The position numbers were made by a program, and so were the translations under genes. Shown piece after piece: positions 56,529 through 64,000 of a DNA stretch of 64,000 nt. The DNA is from Planctomycetota bacterium (GTDB taxonomy: Bacteria; Planctomycetota; JAJSAM01; JAJVHW01): the NCBI GenBank assembly GCA_965248445.1, contig CBDFJG010000001.1, forward strand, positions 224,001-288,000, written 5' to 3'. Positions within the stretch are counted from its first letter, which is position 1, and every line of letters starts with the position of its first letter. The notes under the pieces are model-generated. The model was not told where the DNA came from. It ran no database searches and worked only from the letters and a program-made list of their open reading frames with translations.

Positions 56529-57421
56529 CTAGCGCATGTCGCGCGCCAACAAGGCCTCGATCTCCTGTACGCCGTCAGCCGAAGCGACCGTACGACCGGA
56601 TGACGAAAGCACGAGCACTGCGGGTACCACGTCGAAGCGCTTCTCCACGGCCGAAAGGTCGTCGTCCGCTCGCAGCCTCGCAAGCTGCCAGCGTTGAGTC
56701 ACGAGCGGCTCTGACAGGGCATGTGCAACATCGGAGCACCGTCCGCACGATCGCCGAAACACGAAGAGAACCGTTGGTCGATCATGCGTTCGGGCCAGTT
56801 GCCTCGCACCTTCGATCGAATCGACAACTATCGATCTGGCCTGATAGCGCAGCATCCCACCGGCCGTTGCGCCGCCTGCCAGGCGTCGATCCCCCAGGCC
56901 GCCACCAAGAACTGCAACCGCAATCCCAAGACAGGCGGCAATGAGCGCCGACACAAGAACTCTCTCAGCTGCACGCTTCCCGAGGGCAGCGCTCGCCACA
57001 AGAAGGCCGGTAGTCAGCCCGGCGACGAGCAGGCACCACGGACACCATGCTCGAAGATGAACCACCGCCCGGACCTGGAGCGCCACCGCGGCGAAGAAGG
57101 CAAGCTGTGACAAGCGGTACTGGCGATCCACACCTCGCTTCGAACGCGCTGCTATGAACGCAGACACGCCAAGTCCGCCGAAGCCCACCACCCCGAAGAG
57201 CGCGACCGGAAGTCCCAGGAGCTCCGCGCTGTCCCCGTACAGGAGAGATTCGCGCACCCGTCCACGCCCCGAACCCTGCAACCCGGCACACCGACGCTCA
57301 TCGACTTCGCGGCAAGAAGCCAAGTCGACACAGCCGCGGCGCTCAACGCGATCAGAAACGGCGCCCACCGCCGCAACTGGCGCGACCGTGCGCCGCCGCC
57401 AGTCTCCTCCGCAATCGTCAC
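56529..57421 (-). pseudogene. VKOR (vitamin K epoxide reductase)-thioredoxin fusion, frameshift near 57245
   Basis: TM + C-x7-C loop (CRVRGVDGC), LLGLPVALFG, WCPWC, C-terminal CGRC and VVP; removing 2 bp from CTCTC restores ANLLYGDS. Confidence 0.8.
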
Positions 57422-58425
57422 CACCCTCGTAACCAGGGCTCCATGAAGTCCCAGTTTCGCGGGACCTGTGGGGCCGGGTGTACGGTTCGCCGCCCCTCTC
57501 CCGCCTCCTTCGACACCGGCAATCGAACCTCTACGGCGGCTACGTGGTGCGGATCACCCAACCGAAGCTGCTTGTGCGAGAGAAGCACTCGGATCGTATC
57601 GAAGCTCCGCGATGCGGAGTCCAAGAAGATCGTCTCCGCCGGATGGGTCCGCAACAAACGGGCGCCGGCTCGACTCAACAACACACGGACACGATCCCCC
57701 CGCTGACTGAGAGCCATGTGCGGGTAAACGGGATTGCCGCCAAGTCGCATCGGGTCTCCAACCCAACCACCGAGATAGACTTCTTGCCTGCTCGGCGAGT
57801 CATCGGCGTCGCGCAGGCGAAGCTCTACCTCCGCCGCTGGTGCCACTGTTGGAAATCGCACCACGCCAAAATCCACCGTTCGGTCCTCAGCACGGCGCAC
57901 TCGGGCGACGCTATCCAGTATCTGACCCACCGGATCTTGCCACGGCCCGATCGTCTTTGTGTGATCTTCACCCCACTCGAGCAACTCCTCACGAAGAGAC
58001 TCGATCGCGGCCGCAGTCATGTGCATCCGCATATCCCGCGGATCCGCAACGGCTTGAGACCAACCAGCAATCGGACCGTCCCTCTGTGCAGATCTGATTT
58101 CATCTGCGGTGTTTCCAACGAGACCGCGCGACCGAACCACGATCACAATCTCGCCAATATCCGCGGGGCAAGGCACCTCAACATCGACCTCTCCATCCGC
58201 GTCCGTTGCCCCAACGGCGTAAACCTGCCTCGGCTCGCCGTATAGTACAAAGAATTGTCCCCCGAAACGCCGCCCGATGGCAGACTCGATGCGAGCACGC
58301 ACTCTCACAGCCCCTGACTCTGCTGCCGACGAGTTTACACAGATCAACGCACTCACACATGCCAACAGTCCAATCAGGACGCCGACACTTGCTACCGTCC
58401 GCGCTCTCTTAACCGTGGCCTCCAT
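57418..58425 (-). CDS. Hypothetical secreted protein directly downstream of RHS (immunity/accessory candidate)
   Basis: 335-aa ORF with signal peptide, 17 bp after the RHS stop; its stop overlaps the VKOR start. Confidence 0.65.
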   Translation of the reverse strand: MEATVKRARTVASVGVLIGLLACVSALICVNSSAAESGAVRVRARIESAIGRRFGGQFFVLYGEPRQVYAVGATDADGEVDVEVPCPADIGEIVIVVRSRGLVGNTADEIRSAQRDGPIAGWSQAVADPRDMRMHMTAAAIESLREELLEWGEDHTKTIGPWQDPVGQILDSVARVRRAEDRTVDFGVVRFPTVAPAAEVELRLRDADDSPSRQEVYLGGWVGDPMRLGGNPVYPHMALSQRGDRVRVLLSRAGARLLRTHPAETIFLDSASRSFDTIRVLLSHKQLRLGDPHHVAAVEVRLPVSKEAGEGRRTVHPAPQVPRNWDFMEPWLRGW

Positions 58426-58442
58426 CCGCTGCCAGGCTCCGG

Positions 58443-61400
58443 CTACCGTGTAATCACGACGTCTTCGACGCCGCCATTCCGTGCGTGCTCAACATCCATT
58501 TCATATGAACTCCGAGAATCCATGTCTATCCAGCTCGTCTTAAGCGTAGCAGGAAGCTCCCGACCGGGAGACAGCCCGGGCTCCGAAACCCACCCGCCAT
58601 GACCACGCGGATTGGGCACTTGCATCCCCTCGCCGTGGCGCAACAACGCCTCAAGCCTCGAAGCCTTATCGTGAGCGTGATCGTAGACCTCGTCTCGGGT
58701 CGCACCCGGATTCTTCTCTCGATATTCGTCGCCGAACCTGTGCTCAGCCGCTTCGTGATATAGAAGAGCAACGGTATTCAGGGGGTCCTCTCCATCGAAC
58801 CCCTTCTTGTCGCGAACCGCGTTATACTGCGCCCTCGCATCGACATTGACGTACACGTCACCGTTCGCCCCTCTCTGGGCCCACGAGACACCGATTTCCT
58901 CTACCCTGCCGACATCCTCCGGAGAATATGGCGCGAATGTATCCGCGTTGCCTACAAGCCATATCGTGGTTTCCGTCTCATCTCCTAGGTATCCGACAAG
59001 CTTCTTCATGCCACCTTTCAGGCCAGAGCCCTTCGCCTTCACCTCCTGGCCCTTCTTCTTTCCGGATATGTAATACAGCTTGATGTTCCCGTCATCGTCT
59101 ACTCCAAACTCCTTGTCCTTGTGCCGCTTACCCTTCGATCCGTGCAGATCCCTGTTTAGCTGCTTCAAGAACTCCCGTTTTCTCCGCTCGCACTCTTCGT
59201 CACTAACGTTAGAGGGGCATCGCCACTTCACCGTCAGACCCAACGGGTCACTGAGATTCACGGGATCGTGGCGGACGAACGCGGACAGTTTCATACTGTC
59301 GATGAAGCCGAGAGGGTCTGGCTGAAGGAACGCCCCCGTAGTCGGATCGTACGCACGCGCGCGGTAGTGGTAGAGACCGCTCTCGGCGTCGTATTCACGG
59401 CCCTGGAACCCAAACCTGTTTCCTATCGCAGTGCCCCCCGGTAGGGTCGATCCAGTGCCAGTCAGTACACTCAAGGCACCGAACTCATCGTATGTGTACT
59501 GCTCGGCGACTCCCCCAACGGAATCGGTTACAGCGCTTACAGTTCCGTTCAACTTCTCGTGGTAATAGAAGTCCAGGAACTCCAGCGTGTTTCCATCCCC
59601 GTCGTAGTCCATACTATCCTGCCGTGTCATCGAGACACGATCGTCGATCGCGTCCGCAAGCACGTAGTAGGCCGTCATCGCATTGGCTGGCGAACGCTCC
59701 TCGACGATGGCGTTGCCGAAGTACACGAAACGCTTCGCTCCACCGCTCGTCATCTTCTGAGTCCTTCGTCCGAGCGCGTCGTAGTTGTACGCCGCGACCA
59801 CCGCTCCGCTCGCCTTGTTTCGCACCTCTACCAACTGCCCCCTGTAGTCATATGCGAACAGGAGTGTCCCATTGTCAGTCAGGTTCGAGTTCGCGTCGTG
59901 CGTTCGTGTGGTAGTGCCGACACTGGTGTACGTGTTCAGGTTATTGTTCGAGTATGTCGTCGTCGCTGAAGATCCTCCATACGGAGTCACCGCAACCGCG
60001 GATCGATTGCCGACGTCATCGAGCGTGAACGAGATTTGATCCACGAACGACTGAGATCCGGGTGTAGCGACCTCCGCTACCGGATTAACGACTCCGCGGA
60101 GGGTTGAGACAAGACGGTCTGCACTATCGTAGTGATAGACATCGCCAGTCCCGCCAGCATGCAGCCGCTTCTCATAGGCGATGCGATGAAGATCGTCTCG
60201 AGCGTACTCGTAGCCCTGCCACGGTGCGCTCCCTGAGTCGTGGGAAACACCGCTCAGTCTCCGGAATCCGCCATGTGAGGACGTCGTCGTTGTTCCATTC
60301 AGATAGGAGCGCGACGCAATCCTCGCTGACCCTGTCCAGTTCCAGGATGCGCGGATACCCACTCCCACCTCGTGGACCGTCACGGCGCGCCCAAGTGCAT
60401 CGCGGGCATAGGTAAGTTGAGCACCGGACGGCAGCGTAAGCGCGGTCAGTCGTTGCGCGGCATCCCATGCACTCCCAACGGAAACCTCGGAGCCGTCGTA
60501 GAGCGCAGGGCCCTGTCTGTCCAGCAAGACGTTGCCTTCGGAGTCATGCGTCAGTTCTACTCTCGTGTCGTCGTCCGATGCCGCGCTGAGGTTCCCCAAG
60601 TCGTCGTAGGAGTAGGTCTCCGTTGTCGTGCCGAGAACACCTGGGCCACGGGCGATCGTGCGATTCGTAAGACGATGCAACGCGTCGTACGAGCTTGTGA
60701 CAACCGTGCCGTTTGGATCGGATACGGTGACAGGGTTACCCGCGGAATCATATGTCCACTGATGAAGGGTGCCATCCGGGTGCTGGACCATCGTGACCTG
60801 GCCCTTTGAGTCGTGCGTATACACCGTCGTGTTCCCCGCATCGTCCCTCTTCAGGGCTAGATTGCCGTCCACGTCGTAGCCGTACTCGACGTCGATCTCG
60901 CCAGTTTTTACGCCCTGGCTATCGACCACATCACGAGTCACCTTGGTCACGAGTCCGCGCGCGTCGAATATCGACCGCGCGCTGATCCCGTGAGCATTGA
61001 CCATCTCAACCTGGTTACCTCGACTGTCGTACTTAAACGTCGTCAGTAGGACACGCGTTGGGTCGGTCTGATCCACCTCCTCTATCCGTGTCAATCGCCG
61101 GAGGTCGTCGTACGCGAAGTCGGTCGCATAGGGCACCGGCGCCCCCGCTTCGACTTCGGTGCGAACGGCACGAGTCGTCATACCGTCGCGGTCTCGTGTG
61201 AAAGAAGTGTAGTTGCCTAGTGGATCGGTCGTCTTGATGACACCACCAACCATCCCGTACTCATATTCCCATCGCGATCCGGATCGATCCACGTAGGCAC
61301 GCAGCCGGCCGATCCGATCCCACTCGAAGGCTTCAGTCTCGCCCCGGGACTGGCCATTCTCAAAGACTGTCGTTCGCACCTCCTGGAGTGTCGACGACGC

Positions 61401-63793
61401 CGCCCACACCCGCTCCACCTGCGCCAGAAGTGCGTCGCCGGGAGAATAGACAGCGGATACGGTCTCGTTCCCCAGCTTGTCGTACTGATAAGTTTCGTAA
61501 CCTCCGGATGGGCTGTCAAGGCGTTCCATTCGACCGAACTCGTCATATGTATACGCCCAGGCTTCGCCTAGTTCGTCAGTCTTCGACTCGATCAGCCCGG
61601 TAGCGGACACATATGTATACGACGTCGATGACTCTATCGCAGTCCCGGTAGCCTGAACGCCTGAACCGCGGTGAGCAGCCGACCGCTTCGGTCGTATGTA
61701 AACGACGCCTTTGCGCCCGACGGCTCTGTGAGTTCCACTGGTCTACCGCTGGCATCGTATTGCATGTGGCTTGTCGCCACGCTACCCGGATCGATGTCGC
61801 GAGTCACGGAGACGATCCGACCGAAGCTATCGCGAGTGACGACCTCCTCGATCCACGGCATTGCCGCGTCTGTCGTGCCGCTCTCATCCGCATTCCGGAC
61901 TCTGACCTTCTCAAGGGCCTCGCCCGCGTCGTAACTCATAGGTGGTCTCGATTCCGCCGACGGGCCCGCTGATCGCTTCGACCCTACCAAGGGGATTCGT
62001 CGTCTTAGACCACTGCGCACCCTCCGCCGTGGCGGTCGTCGAGTGACCTCCCCAATATGGATCCTGCACGACCGTTGTTGAGATGTTCTCGCCCTGAGGG
62101 TCAAGCGAGATCTTGTCCAACATGTCGACGGATGGTCCTGAGCTATGGTAGGAGAATTCCGTGCGACGCCCCTCCGGATCCACTGTCGCGACGAGCTGGC
62201 CCTTTCCGTTCCACTCATAAGACTGCTCGGAGTAGATTGTTCCGCTCGCGTCGCTCCCGACCGGCTCCCGCTTCAGTACGCGGTTCCCTACGCTATCGTA
62301 CTGAAAGAGGGTCGTCTCGCCGTTCGGATCCGTCCTACTCACGAGATCATCGCCCGACGCGTCGTAGGCGAGTGAAGTCACGATGTCACTGGGCGAGCTG
62401 TTCGGTGTGTCGGCGGACTTGCGAGTGTAAGTCAACGGGTTTCCGCGGGAATTGAGCGTACGGTCGACGCGCTTCGCTATGAGGCAGCTGCCAGAGTACG
62501 AGAACGTCGTCCATCGATCGTCGGAATTGTACGATACATTCGTTGTCGCGGACTGCTCGACACCGTCGTCGTCGTCGTAGTAGTCCGTCTTCTGAACCAG
62601 GTATCCCGATGCGTTGTACGTCTTGTCTACGAGGCGCTTCCCGGTGGCGGCGTCGAAAGCTGTCGTCGTCGTGCCACCTCCACCGGCAGCTGATCTTGTC
62701 AGCGTTCGTGTGCCCTTTGCCGTGCTGATTGAGGATAATGAGCCGAATTGTGGACCACTCGTCAAGTAGCTGAATTCCTTCCGAGTCCGACCGGCTCCGT
62801 CCGTGATACTCACTAGATGGTTCTGTAATCCGGGCGCTTGGTCGTACTGAAGCGTGACCTTGGATCCGGAGGAATTCGAGCCGGTCGACGGCAAGGTGAT
62901 CTCCGTGAGATTATCTTGGCTATCGTAACTGAGACTCGCCTTCTTTCCGTCCGGATACGTTATTGACTTCAGTCTCCCCGTCGAGTGGTAGTCGAACTGA
63001 TACGTATAAGGTGCGCCGCGCCAGTCCGCGACCGAGGTGATCTCTCCTGCCGGCCCGCGGTTGATCGTGAGCGTGTTGCCATGTCGGTCGGAACGAGAGG
63101 TCAGTCTTCCGTTGTTGTCGTAACGATGTTTGGTTTTCGAATCATCCGTTCGTTCGTATCGCGGATTCATCCCAGCGCCGAAATCCATGATGGTCTGATT
63201 CGTTCCTGGCGGGCCGTTGAAGGCATTGCCGCCCGCGGCGGAGAATGAAACGTTGTCGTGCTTGCCGGTGGATAGCGAAACGCCGCCCGATGGCTGCAGG
63301 GTGACTTGTTCGTTGAAGTTCAAGTTCCAGCCCTTCCCGTACTGTCCATTTCGGCCCGTCTCTCCGCTGTTGTACGCGAGTCTCGGTGCGAACTGCGCGG
63401 CTTGTTGTGCCCCTGCGCCAGCTTGACCGGCGAACGCGTTGCGACCCTTGAGATCAAACTTTCCCTTCTGGCTCGCGGGCTTTCCGGGACAGCCGCAGCC
63501 GTCCGGGAGAGATATCTCTTGCTGGTTCTCGCCACAGGGATTGTCCGCACTGCTCGCATTCCCAGAAGTAACCTCACCGCAAGGCCCCTCTCGGACTCTC
63601 CGGTGGCGCCGGATCCGGATGAGGGTTCGGCCTCACAGTCGTCCTCAGCGGTGTCCGACGTTGAAGCTGTCGTACTCCCGCCACCGCCACCGGTTGCCCA
63701 GGCCCAGTGGCCATTGGACGCCGCCGCGACGAACGCGAGCGCAGCCACGATGGAGGCCATGGTCAACGACTGCCGGATTTCGCTTCTTAGCAT
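58443..63793 (-). pseudogene. RHS/YD-repeat protein (~1780 aa if repaired) with signal peptide and HExxEH C-terminal domain; three frameshifts
   Basis: Many YD..G repeats; core FQGREYDAESGLYHYRARAYDP..FLQPDPLG..DPVNLSDPLGL; frameshifts at ~63590 (+2), ~61933 (+1) and 61651-61666 (8-bp duplication). Confidence 0.9.
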
Positions 63794-64000
63794 CGGAGTT
63801 CTCCTATCGGGGTCGCTGGACGCCAGGGCGAACTATCGCTTGCTATCGACACGCTCTCACTGTCTTGGCCGGTATTCGGAGGGGTCGCCATCGCTCGCCC
63901 TGGCTTCTCGATGCGCCATCGTGGTTGATGTGGTCATTCGCAACTATCATCTCGACAATACCCAGGCTCGATTCTGAGAGTCGTCGTCTCGCGCGAGATC

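Overview
High-GC bacterial chromosome segment, probably Planctomycetota, inferred from the EF-Tu motif [25 protein letters not shown]. Two housekeeping blocks are present: the end of the atp operon (atpH 3' end, atpA, atpG, atpD, atpC; 2-4525) and tRNA-Gly, tRNA-Thr, tuf, rpmG, tRNA-Trp, secE, nusG, rplKAJL, rpoBC (14857-28613, minus strand). Accessory loci lie between them: a PTS-IIA/MoxR-RavA-like ATPase/VWA operon; a CuA-degenerate COX2-like gene coupled to a SCO1/SenC-CRTAC1 (FG-GAP/ASPIC) fusion; a ~10 kb phage-like recombination/replication module (sigma factor, PD-(D/E)XK nuclease, AAA_24, DUF669, ERCC4, RecD2, AEP primase-helicase, excisionase, truncated integrase) near tRNA-Asp/tRNA-Val; ugd and a secreted HEAT protein; and a compositionally distinct terminal region with a frameshifted, signal-peptide-bearing RHS protein (HExxEH tip), a secreted partner, a VKOR-thioredoxin fusion and a truncated c-type cytochrome. 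Two near-identical single-ORF IS66 copies and two near-identical IS1380 copies punctuate the window, and none shows a clean insertion junction. Several accessory genes carry frameshifts caused by short tandem duplications or 1-2 bp indels; sequencing error cannot be excluded. No CRISPR array, rRNA or reverse transcriptase was seen. Family calls come from motif recognition, not database searches.
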